Source: a virus. Taken from it: a stretch of DNA of 64,000 nucleotides. The translations under genes were made by a program, and so were the position numbers. Numbering within the stretch: the stretch's first letter is position 1; each line of letters opens with the position of its first letter. Location of the stretch: IMG/VR virus record IMGVR_UViG_3300032562_000005. One strand, written 5' to 3'. The notes below the pieces were generated by a model. The model had not been told where the DNA came from. It searched no databases and saw nothing but the letters and a program-made list of their open reading frames with translations. Shown piece after piece: positions 38,567 to 47,438 of the stretch.

Positions 38567-40129
38567 TTAATACATTGTTGAAATAAAGGGCAACGGCGGG
38601 GTAATACTTTCCCCGAAATCACGCATTTGCGTATCCATTTCTGGATGGTAAGTTTGAAGTAATATCATCATGCGTGTAACCAGCAATGTAGCCATAACTA
38701 AGTCGTCGGTACTGCCTGGTTTTGCCGCATAACTAACCCCGTTGGCCACGAATGTTTTTAGTTCAGAAATTAATGGACGACTGCGTAATTTCATTTTATT
38801 TGTTTCAATTAATGTTTTTAATTTAGCACAAGCTGTAAGTTTGTTTTTAGGGCTAGTGTTGAAACCTTTACGATACCTGCCGGCTCCTCTGGTAGGATCT
38901 GACAAGAAATAGCCTTTAATATTTTCTTCTCCAAACTGATCAATGGATATAAGTGCCGCTTCGCCAATGGTATTATTTTCTACAGAATAATAAACTGATT
39001 CTTCGTCTTTAACAATAGTATAAATGTATTTGACAATGTCCGCAAGTATGCGAATTTGCTCTGGAATAGGTGTTCTGTTGTGTTTCCACTCACCTATTTG
39101 CTCTGTGGTGTTTGCTTCAAAAATTTGTATGGCAGCAGGATCGCCGCCAGTACCTAATGATGGATCTAGACCTACGCAATACATTCTGCCAGGCTCAGGT
39201 TGTTTATACCAACGAACTTGTGCTGTACGGTGTATAGGCTCCATTCCCTCTAAGTCTATGAGTTTAGCCGGCGCGATTAGCGTCTCATCGTTAATAATAA
39301 ATTCGCAATCCATCTCGCGACGGAAACGGTCTTCACCTAATTGTGCTCGTTGCGCCGCAGCCCAAGCGTCATCTCTGTCTGGATGTTCTCTCCAATAGCT
39401 ACGGAAAGCACGGAAACCATTGATGCCTACTTCTTGTGGATTACCGTGTGAATCTTCCATTTTAAGAGCGCCTTTCCATAACAGCGCAAATTGATCTTCG
39501 TCTGAGTTAGGTGTAGATGTAATAATACATTTACCACCAGTTGCTAGTGTTGGCGAAATTGAAGTCCAAAATTCTTGTGCTACGCTAGGTCGAACGAATG
39601 CGAACTCATCACAATATAATAGTGATATAGACATACCACGACCTGTGTTTTCTGTAGTTGTTGCCGACACAATGCGTGAACCGTTTTCAAATTCTATAGA
39701 GCCTTTATTATAGTTTGTGGCGCCAGCGCGAATATGATCAGGACACATTTCATACGCATATCGCACACGAGTCATAATTTCTTGGGAGCCGTCATACTTG
39801 TGTGCGGCAATTAGAACTGTGGAATCTGGAACAAACATTGCATACCATAGCAAGTAACCTGCGGCTGATGTAGACTTACCTGTTTGTCGTGGCATCATAG
39901 AAATACTAAAACGATAATTGTGATAAGTGTTAATTAATCGCTCTTGATACTCAAAAGGATGATACTGCATTTTCCCTCTAACCGGATGCTGGATATAGAA
40001 GAAATGATCCATAAAATATTCTGGGCCGGTTACTGGATCAGCACAAAGAGCGAATTCTTTGAGCTGTTGTTCAGTCCAAACTTGTTGTTTGTGGGGGGTT
40101 TTAGCTAGCGAGCTTGCGTCAAAGGCCAT
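38567..40129 (-). CDS. terL: terminase large subunit (gp17-like)
   Basis: PRQTGKS, LLYCDEFAF, ITSTPN, GLDPSLG, DDLVMA. Confidence 0.95.
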   Translation of the reverse strand: MAFDASSLAKTPHKQQVWTEQQLKEFALCADPVTGPEYFMDHFFYIQHPVRGKMQYHPFEYQERLINTYHNYRFSISMMPRQTGKSTSAAGYLLWYAMFVPDSTVLIAAHKYDGSQEIMTRVRYAYEMCPDHIRAGATNYNKGSIEFENGSRIVSATTTENTGRGMSISLLYCDEFAFVRPSVAQEFWTSISPTLATGGKCIITSTPNSDEDQFALLWKGALKMEDSHGNPQEVGINGFRAFRSYWREHPDRDDAWAAAQRAQLGEDRFRREMDCEFIINDETLIAPAKLIDLEGMEPIHRTAQVRWYKQPEPGRMYCVGLDPSLGTGGDPAAIQIFEANTTEQIGEWKHNRTPIPEQIRILADIVKYIYTIVKDEESVYYSVENNTIGEAALISIDQFGEENIKGYFLSDPTRGAGRYRKGFNTSPKNKLTACAKLKTLIETNKMKLRSRPLISELKTFVANGVSYAAKPGSTDDLVMATLLVTRMMILLQTYHPEMDTQMRDFGESITPPLPFISTMY

Positions 40130-40168
40130 AATTGTATTTAACTGTTATGACCCTTGATCGGCAAGTTT

Positions 40169-40993
40169 TTAATCGTCTGAAGCGTTAGCTCCGCATTTTT
40201 GGCGTTTCATTTGAGTTAATTTTCCAAAATCCACACTCCATTCTTTACCTGGGGCTAATTCAATATAACCTTGTGGTAAAGCATACTTAACTTGTGCGTC
40301 TGCCATGATAGTAGCAACAGGAACACGGAATTTAGTTAAGTCATTACCCAAGTTAGGGTATGGTGCTGTATGTGGGAAGCCCCAGCCGGCTACTTCTTTA
40401 GTTTGATTGTTGATTACAATCTTGTAAAAGCCATGTGGTACAATAACGCCTTTACCAATAACTTTATCGCCTTGCCCATACAAACCACCCGCAATAACTG
40501 TGTACGACTGGTTGCGTTGTACAGCCCAACCACGAACACTAGTTTCTAATAATTTCCAAATACCACGGTTCAACGAGCCGGCTTGTGGGCTCATATTAGT
40601 CATTAAGAATGATTCATATTCTACTTGTGGATCCCATGATAAATCACCATCTGGAGCCATGTGTCCTTTATCGTAACCTGTGCCAGCATAGTCGCCTGGA
40701 ACAGCGCCATTTTGAACAAATTGATTTGGAGCAAATGCGTTAGTACGAGCGACACAACCTAATGCGTTTTGTGGCAATAATTCATACATAACAAATTCTG
40801 GTAACTTAGCTTGTGCGTCATAGCCTACTAGATACGCTTGTTGGCATAATGGCTGTATTGGTTTAGCACTTTGTGGGAAACCATATGGTGCGTGTGCTTG
40901 ACATTGTGCTACTGGAAATGGGGCACGTTGTGTCCACGCAAATACTGTTGATGTTGCTAAGACTAATAATAGTCCTGTAAATAACTTCTTCAT
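40169..40993 (-). CDS. secreted DNA/RNA non-specific endonuclease (NucA/EndoG family)
   Basis: Signal peptide; YDKGHMAP, SFLMTNMSPQ...LNRGIW..LE. Confidence 0.9.
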   Translation of the reverse strand: MKKLFTGLLLVLATSTVFAWTQRAPFPVAQCQAHAPYGFPQSAKPIQPLCQQAYLVGYDAQAKLPEFVMYELLPQNALGCVARTNAFAPNQFVQNGAVPGDYAGTGYDKGHMAPDGDLSWDPQVEYESFLMTNMSPQAGSLNRGIWKLLETSVRGWAVQRNQSYTVIAGGLYGQGDKVIGKGVIVPHGFYKIVINNQTKEVAGWGFPHTAPYPNLGNDLTKFRVPVATIMADAQVKYALPQGYIELAPGKEWSVDFGKLTQMKRQKCGANASDD

Positions 40994-41010
40994 TTGTAAC
41001 TCCTTAATTA

Positions 41011-41412
41011 TTATTTTCTTTTATAACCAGCAAATCCTGTAACAGGACTTACTTTATCTATATCTGGCATTTCTTCACTAGCCATTGTGGCTATTTGTAT
41101 AGCATCGTCGCCAGGTAATCCCATAGCTATTAACGCATCACGAATATATACTCCGGTATGCGGATCATAACTTACTACAAATTCATTTTCACCAAATACA
41201 TTATCTTTTTCAAATGGCGGTACACCATCTTTTTTACGCTGAGCAGCGCCTTTTGCCCCGGCAATAGCTACACCAAACCGATATTGTAAATATGGATCTT
41301 GATTTTTAAGTGCTGGAATTTTCCACGCACCTGGTAAAGCTAACGCAATATCTTGTTGTAAACTACCTGTTCGACCAAGAGCTACTTCTGTGATGAATTC
41401 TTTAGCTCTCAT
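41011..41412 (-). CDS. putative internal head protein (paralog of 41409..41777)
   Basis: MRAKEFITE start; ends SPVTGFAGYKRK. Confidence 0.65.
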   Translation of the reverse strand: MRAKEFITEVALGRTGSLQQDIALALPGAWKIPALKNQDPYLQYRFGVAIAGAKGAAQRKKDGVPPFEKDNVFGENEFVVSYDPHTGVYIRDALIAMGLPGDDAIQIATMASEEMPDIDKVSPVTGFAGYKRK

Positions 41413-41777
41413 TTTCTTTTATAACCTGCAAATCCTTTTACAGGACTTGTTTTGTGTACTGTACTAGGTTCTTCAGATTTAATAGTGCTAATCGGTGTGC
41501 TTTTTTCGCCCATAGCCTTTGCTGTCGCATTTAAAATATCTGCGTCACCTTGACTGTAAGCTAGTGTAGATAATTTTTGTCCAATAGGACCCAACTTAGC
41601 TAGCGGTGGATGCGGATTATCTTTGCCACCGCATCCAGCAGCCGCTACAATAAAACGCCACATAGCATAAGGATTAGAGTTATCTAAGCCGTCATAACGC
41701 TCGGCGCCGGCCATAGGCATTAGTTGCTCATCTGAAAATTTTTCATGAGCTTCGGCTATGAACTCTTTAGCTCGCAT
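41409..41777 (-). CDS. putative internal head protein (paralog of 41011..41412)
   Basis: MRAKEFIAE start; ends SPVKGFAGYKRK. Confidence 0.65.
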   Translation of the reverse strand: MRAKEFIAEAHEKFSDEQLMPMAGAERYDGLDNSNPYAMWRFIVAAAGCGGKDNPHPPLAKLGPIGQKLSTLAYSQGDADILNATAKAMGEKSTPISTIKSEEPSTVHKTSPVKGFAGYKRK

Positions 41778-41782
41778 AATTG

Positions 41783-42316
41783 TTAAGCAACATCTGGTAC
41801 ATTATCGGATGGCACAACACCATCACTATAATTTGTACCAATTACACCTGCTGTGGCAGAAGAAGCTGTGCCTAATTCACGAGCAGTAAAGTCAGCACCA
41901 GTAATTGTTAAACGATTACCAGCTCCAACAAAAATTTGTTGACGACTATTAGCCGCTACTTGTGGAGCAGCTGAGTACATATTACCATTAGGTGGAGGAG
42001 TTACCGTAAACACATTAGTAGCATTAGCAGTTGCTGCCGCACTTAATGTTACGCTTTCGTAAGTAACTTGTGAACTAATTGTAGTGCCACTAGAAATACC
42101 AGTTCCGCTAATTGCGCTGTTAGCTGGTAAAAACATTGCCGCAGAGGTAGTAATAATATTACTGCCGTTAGCTGTTGTGCCGCTAAACAAAATGTTAGGA
42201 CCAATAGCAACTTCGTAAATGTTATATGTTACTGTTGTAGCACCAGTTACAATTTCGCATTTATCAGTGTACCATACTGCGTTTGATACTGATGTGTATA
42301 CGTTAGCTTGACTCAT
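41783..42316 (-). CDS. putative virion structural protein
   Basis: T/A/S-rich beta-type composition (ISGTGISSGTTI). Confidence 0.55.
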   Translation of the reverse strand: MSQANVYTSVSNAVWYTDKCEIVTGATTVTYNIYEVAIGPNILFSGTTANGSNIITTSAAMFLPANSAISGTGISSGTTISSQVTYESVTLSAAATANATNVFTVTPPPNGNMYSAAPQVAANSRQQIFVGAGNRLTITGADFTARELGTASSATAGVIGTNYSDGVVPSDNVPDVA

Positions 42317-42326
42317 TTATTATTCC

Positions 42327-44864
42327 TTATTTTACAATCTTAGCGAATGCTTTGTACAAATTCAAAAAGCTACTAGCTTCAGAAACTTGACGCTCATCTT
42401 GACTTGCTAATACAGGAATAGTAGACTGTCCAGTTGACTTAGGCCCATTTAATCCGCCACTATATTGTAATGCATCATCATCATATTCTTGATTAGAAGG
42501 ATAATCTGGACTGTTTTGTGTAACAGGAGCATCTGCTTCGGCAATTTCTTCTTCATCGCTAGTATCAGTAATAGAAGCTGTAGGATCGCTAGCAGCAGGA
42601 GCGGCAGCAGGAGCAGAATTTAATTTGTCATCTACATAATCGCCAATTTTATCGCCAGCATATCCGCCAGCTACAGCACCTAATGGGCCAGCTACTGAAC
42701 CTAAAGCGGCTCCAGCAATAGCACCCTTAACGCCTTCTTCCATATCATTCATCTCATCACATTGGCATGGGACGCCACCACAAGTACCGCAAGCGCCATC
42801 GTCATGTGAGTGACCTTCTTCGCTTGATTGAATACCCATTGCGGCTAATAACTCTTTGATACGATGTACATCAGCACCTGTGGCTGTAATTGTAATCGCT
42901 TCTTCGTCACCATCTTCTGCGTGTTCAACTACTTGTTGTTTAACTTGAACTGATTCACTAATCATAGCTTCGATATCACGATTCCATGAATCGTAAATGC
43001 CGCCGCCAAATTTCATGCCGCCAGATTTAGCAGCTTTTGGCGCAGAAGTTGCTACGCTACCAGAAGTTGTTGTTTCATCAACTTTCTCTTCTTTTTTAAA
43101 TTTCTTCTTACCGCCTTCTTCGTCTTTACCAAGACGCCCAGCGATAACATCACCCTTAGTTACTTTGTCATAAGGTTTAGCATTGTTGGCTAAATTGCCG
43201 TCGCCCTTACCTTCTTCAGTCTTTTTAACTTTTTTAGGTAACTTACTAATGTCTTTACCTTTGTCGGCTTTGTTAAATTCTTTGCCTACAGACTGTTTGA
43301 TTCCAACTTTTTTAGCAAATTTAGGATTGTGTGCTACACCAGCCATCATGTGTGCTTGTGCTTGGCTTTTTGATTTTTCAGCAATCATTTGTCCACATTC
43401 AGAACAAACATGATCACCTTCTTCACGAATGGAACCTTTAGACATTAATTTACTTTTGCCAGTAGGTCCACGGGAACCTGTAGCACCTTTAGTACCAGCT
43501 GGGCGGCCACGACCACGCTTAACTGCTGATCCGCTATCATCACTAGCATCTGGCTCATCAAATGTTTCTGGCTTGCGTGTGTACACAGTACCAGTTGATG
43601 TTTTACGCTTATCAAACTTGCCTGTGCCTTTTTCTGCTTCGCGCTGTTTCAACCAAGCATCCATGTCGTCAAAACCTTCTTCAACAGCGCCATCGCCTGT
43701 TAAATTATTGCCAATTGCGCCACCAATAGCAGCGCCCACTGGCCCACCTAGTGCGCCACCAGCTAATGTACCAGCCGCTTGGCCAGCGATGCCTTCATCA
43801 GTGATACCAGCTGCTTTAAAGAAACGAGCTTGGTCAAATCGTGGATTAGCTAACTTAAATGCTGACGCATGGTGTTGCGCTAATTCTTTACGCTTATTCA
43901 TATCTTCGATATGCTTGAGTGTATCAGCAATAGCTTGGAAATGTTTACGACTTACTGCTTCGTCGAGTTCGCTTGTATCTGTATACTCTTCGCCGCCAAC
44001 TTTAAATTTGCCACCTTTAGGTGTTGATTTAAGTTTGCCAGTAAATGCGTTGCCTTCAAATTCCATGCCGTTGTGTGCGTCTGGCTTGCCAGTGCCTTTA
44101 TTGTATGAAGTTGCTACAGCATCTTCACGAGCTTGTTCTTTGTCGTGTGGAGCTAATTTACGATTTAAATAATCCATAATATCTTCTTCACTATGGTCAG
44201 CTTCGTAATAATCACGCTTGCCACGCAAACGATCCATCTTACCTGGTACTGGAACATTTCCCGGAATACCTTTTGATGGAGTTGGATTATCACATTCCAT
44301 TTCACTGCCGCCATCTTCTTTGGCTACATTCTTAGCAAACTGTGCCATGTGGCGTAAGTGTGCGTCTTTACTATGTGTTGCTTTACTAATCTTACCTTTA
44401 GGAATCTTTTCACCTTGTGGCACATGGAGAGCTTTATGTAAGTCGCCTTTTGTGCTTGGCTTAGTAGCTTTTTGAATCCACTTTTCTTTTTTCTCTTCTA
44501 AACTTCCTGATCCAGAAAAGTTTGCGCCGCCTGTGCCATCTTCCTTGGTCATACGAGCTAAACCTTTTTCGCGGCGAGCGGCGGACATAGCAGACATTTC
44601 CTTATCTTTAGGACTTGGTGCTGGATTATTTTTATTACGATTGTAAATGTTTACTTCTGCTTTTGCTTTTTTAGCATAACTATCTTTTGTAGATTGGCTA
44701 ATTTCGTTTACTTGGCCTTCCATTAATGCTGTCAAATCTTGACGCAATGCTTGCTCAAGTGTTTGACGAGCAGGAGTTTTAGGAGCTTCTTTACTCTCTG
44801 CTAATTTTTTCTGTTCAGCGCCAATGCCGTTTAGTTTTTTGTTAAGGTCGTAAAAAAAGCTCAT
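42327..44864 (-). CDS. mosaic putative internal-head polyprotein
   Basis: 845 aa of short dissimilar modules separated by hydrophobic-x-E motifs. Confidence 0.6.
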   Translation of the reverse strand: MSFFYDLNKKLNGIGAEQKKLAESKEAPKTPARQTLEQALRQDLTALMEGQVNEISQSTKDSYAKKAKAEVNIYNRNKNNPAPSPKDKEMSAMSAARREKGLARMTKEDGTGGANFSGSGSLEEKKEKWIQKATKPSTKGDLHKALHVPQGEKIPKGKISKATHSKDAHLRHMAQFAKNVAKEDGGSEMECDNPTPSKGIPGNVPVPGKMDRLRGKRDYYEADHSEEDIMDYLNRKLAPHDKEQAREDAVATSYNKGTGKPDAHNGMEFEGNAFTGKLKSTPKGGKFKVGGEEYTDTSELDEAVSRKHFQAIADTLKHIEDMNKRKELAQHHASAFKLANPRFDQARFFKAAGITDEGIAGQAAGTLAGGALGGPVGAAIGGAIGNNLTGDGAVEEGFDDMDAWLKQREAEKGTGKFDKRKTSTGTVYTRKPETFDEPDASDDSGSAVKRGRGRPAGTKGATGSRGPTGKSKLMSKGSIREEGDHVCSECGQMIAEKSKSQAQAHMMAGVAHNPKFAKKVGIKQSVGKEFNKADKGKDISKLPKKVKKTEEGKGDGNLANNAKPYDKVTKGDVIAGRLGKDEEGGKKKFKKEEKVDETTTSGSVATSAPKAAKSGGMKFGGGIYDSWNRDIEAMISESVQVKQQVVEHAEDGDEEAITITATGADVHRIKELLAAMGIQSSEEGHSHDDGACGTCGGVPCQCDEMNDMEEGVKGAIAGAALGSVAGPLGAVAGGYAGDKIGDYVDDKLNSAPAAAPAASDPTASITDTSDEEEIAEADAPVTQNSPDYPSNQEYDDDALQYSGGLNGPKSTGQSTIPVLASQDERQVSEASSFLNLYKAFAKIVK

Positions 44865-45481
44865 TTGTAGTTTCCTGATGGTTGTGCGCCAGTTGCTGGC
44901 TTGCGTGGACGCTTTTCTGCGTGTGTCATTGGAGAGTCATCACCTTGTGGTAACTCATTTGTTGTTTCAGCAGGCTTAGGACTTCCGCCAGCAATAGTAA
45001 AGTTGCTACGATAAGCATTTTTTAATACAGCATGGTCAAATGGATCAGCTGAATAATCTTTCTTCAATGCTTTTTGTTCTGCGTTGTCAGCAGGATAATC
45101 AGTATCGTTTAATAATGATTCAGGTTGGTCTTCAACTTGCTTATTGATAAAGTCAACGCTGTCATCAAATACCGATGTTTGCATAATAATTTTATTTTCA
45201 TCAAACCCAAGTAGTCGAGCAATTTGTTTAATTTGCGGTTCGATTGCTGGGTAGCGTAACTTAACATCAAAGCTAGTAACTTTTTGATTTTCTTGTGCTG
45301 GAAAATCGGCTGGTTTAGCTTGAATTGGAGTTGACTTATCTGCGCCAATTGACAATGGATCAAATTGGTCAAGTTTGCTTTTAAGTTTTGTGATAAATCC
45401 TGAAGGCAAATCACCAACTACTTTGATACGATAGTTATATGTGCGCTCGGATTCTGCTAAGTAATCTTTAAAATTTTTCAT
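44861..45481 (-). CDS. putative head-associated protein
   Basis: MKNFKDYLAE start; TATAAATA at 45499-45506. Confidence 0.6.
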   Translation of the reverse strand: MKNFKDYLAESERTYNYRIKVVGDLPSGFITKLKSKLDQFDPLSIGADKSTPIQAKPADFPAQENQKVTSFDVKLRYPAIEPQIKQIARLLGFDENKIIMQTSVFDDSVDFINKQVEDQPESLLNDTDYPADNAEQKALKKDYSADPFDHAVLKNAYRSNFTIAGGSPKPAETTNELPQGDDSPMTHAEKRPRKPATGAQPSGNYK

Positions 45482-45506
45482 GATTGTTTCCTATATTATA
45501 TTTATA

Positions 45507-46004
45507 CTAATTGTCTTTTTGTGCTCTGTCGCTAAGTAAGCGTTCCAGCAAATCATTGCGAGTTAATACCTGTCCTTCGGCCGTAGGAATGCTGGTTAAA
45601 TCCCCGGATTTTTTGGCGGCGTCTTGATCTAACTTTAACTTTTTAAGTTGCAAGTCAATCATTTTTAATTTTTTATTCAGTTTAGTAGTTTTCGCTGTTA
45701 GTGCGTGTCCCAGCATATTCCCAGCCACAGCAAACAATTCTGCGGCAAATCTACTGTCTACATTCATGCCCAAATCGGATAAATCTTGATAGCTTTGTTT
45801 GGCTAATTCTGCTATTTCGTCTAGTTCTTTATCACTTGCTTCCAAATCACGAATAGCAGGTAATGCTTCGTCAATTTTATCTATAGTATCATCAATTTCT
45901 ATGATAGCTGTGCGTGTCTCTTCTGGAGTTAGCGTTTCGCTAATAGAAGGAGCCATATTCTCTTCATCAGTAAATCCAAACAATTCTTCAAGTTTCTTAG
46001 TAAT
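45507..46004 (-). CDS. possible terminase small subunit (probable ATT start, (M)TKKLEELF)
   Basis: Helical ~165 aa upstream of the terL region; AAGGAG 7 nt before in-frame ATT. Confidence 0.45.
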   Translation of the reverse strand: MTKKLEELFGFTDEENMAPSISETLTPEETRTAIIEIDDTIDKIDEALPAIRDLEASDKELDEIAELAKQSYQDLSDLGMNVDSRFAAELFAVAGNMLGHALTAKTTKLNKKLKMIDLQLKKLKLDQDAAKKSGDLTSIPTAEGQVLTRNDLLERLLSDRAQKDN

Positions 46005-46605
46005 TTTGAGTCTCCTTTTTACATTCTTTGTGCCAGCGGGCTAAATTACCTTTGTTTGTAATAGTTCCGCATCGAGGGCAACAAACTTTTTTCTGTAATT
46101 TTGAGATTGATATTGCTAATTCTTCAGGATTATTTTTCAAATATTCTTTTCGTGTCTTGCTCTGTTGATCTCTTAATTTAGGATCTGCCCATATTTTTGT
46201 ATTTGTTTCTTTTAATAATTCACGGGTAGATATTTTTACTGTTTTATCGCGAGTTTTCCAGGCTTCGATATAACCAGCATTTGATTGTTTTGGTTTGCGA
46301 CCGTTAGGTTGTGCTACGCCTTTGCGTTGTTGCGAGCGGTTTACTAATTGTTCTTGCGAGAATTTATACCCAGCTGTACCATCACCGCCGTCTGTCATAT
46401 TGCGTAAAATGCCAGTGCCCAAATCTTTGCGTCCGTACCAGCTAATAAGACGGCGTTCAATAGCACAAGCACCTAAATCTGTTAAATTTTTTTCTACAAT
46501 AACAATTCTATGCTCATCTGTAGGAACTTTAACATTGTGTTCCTTAGGAGTAAGTGTATCTTTGCGCAAGTAAGCATAAACATAGTAGGTTAAATCAGAA
46601 TTCAT
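45997..46605 (-). CDS. degenerate GIY-YIG homing endonuclease
   Basis: YYVYAYLR...[27 protein letters not shown] but no YIGKG..R segment. Confidence 0.7.
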   Translation of the reverse strand: MNSDLTYYVYAYLRKDTLTPKEHNVKVPTDEHRIVIVEKNLTDLGACAIERRLISWYGRKDLGTGILRNMTDGGDGTAGYKFSQEQLVNRSQQRKGVAQPNGRKPKQSNAGYIEAWKTRDKTVKISTRELLKETNTKIWADPKLRDQQSKTRKEYLKNNPEELAISISKLQKKVCCPRCGTITNKGNLARWHKECKKETQNY

Positions 46606-46636
46606 ACGGTATTTACCGCATTTTTAATAGGTCCTA

Positions 46637-47071
46637 TTACTTTTTGCCGCCCTGCCTATAGATATCACCTTCTGTAATCACACGAAATGTAAGGCCGTTT
46701 TGCCTGGCCCATTTAGTGGCTGCATCCCATTTGCTGTAGTTGATTGCTACAATCGCTTTGTCGCGATCTTTCATCTTTGCTTCTACTATACTTTGTGATT
46801 TTGGTTTAATTTCTATCAGCTCTGCTTTTACAGTATTATTTGGACCACGATATGTTACAATAAAATCCGGCACATACATTGTAATTTTACCAGTAAGTGG
46901 GTGGCGATATGGAATGCGCACAGGTTCTGATGCCCACTGTAATACATTTTCATTTGTATCACAAAAAGTCATAAAAGTTAATTCCCAACCAGAACGAAAT
47001 CGCGGTTTTCCATTACCTACATACTTGCTAGCATTTTTTACTTCGTAGAGACCTTGGCGGAAATTAGCCAT
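46637..47071 (-). CDS. head completion nuclease (T4 gp4/TnsA-like)
   Basis: FRSGWE, WASE...IPY, YVPDF, LIEIKP, KWDAA, F.VITE. Confidence 0.85.
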   Translation of the reverse strand: MANFRQGLYEVKNASKYVGNGKPRFRSGWELTFMTFCDTNENVLQWASEPVRIPYRHPLTGKITMYVPDFIVTYRGPNNTVKAELIEIKPKSQSIVEAKMKDRDKAIVAINYSKWDAATKWARQNGLTFRVITEGDIYRQGGKK

Positions 47072-47076
47072 TATGA

Positions 47077-47436
47077 TTACTGCTTAATGTTGTGAGCAAC
47101 ATAGTAGTTAGGTACTGTTTGTGCTTGAATTCCCAACATAGTCGAAGGACTTTGGAATGTGTTTAAATAAAAAGCAAATGTTAAAGTAATTTGCGGACCA
47201 GACATTCCTTGTATTGATTGTAGTAATTGCATAACAGGAATACCTGATACTCCAGCAATTCTAAACATTGTTGATGTAAAATTTCCAGCTTGTTTAGGTG
47301 TAGCAAAAACTGATAGCAAATAACTATGAACAGCATCATACTCTTGAGCAGATACTGATTGACGATAGTTATAAAATTTATCAAATATGTGTACTGATAA
47401 ATCAATATTTGGATTTGTAGCGTTAACTGTGGACAT
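47077..47436 (-). CDS. hypothetical (putative tail-associated) protein
   Basis: 119-aa ORF in the tail operon. Confidence 0.6.
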   Translation of the reverse strand: MSTVNATNPNIDLSVHIFDKFYNYRQSVSAQEYDAVHSYLLSVFATPKQAGNFTSTMFRIAGVSGIPVMQLLQSIQGMSGPQITLTFAFYLNTFQSPSTMLGIQAQTVPNYYVAHNIKQ

Positions 47437-47438
47437 AA

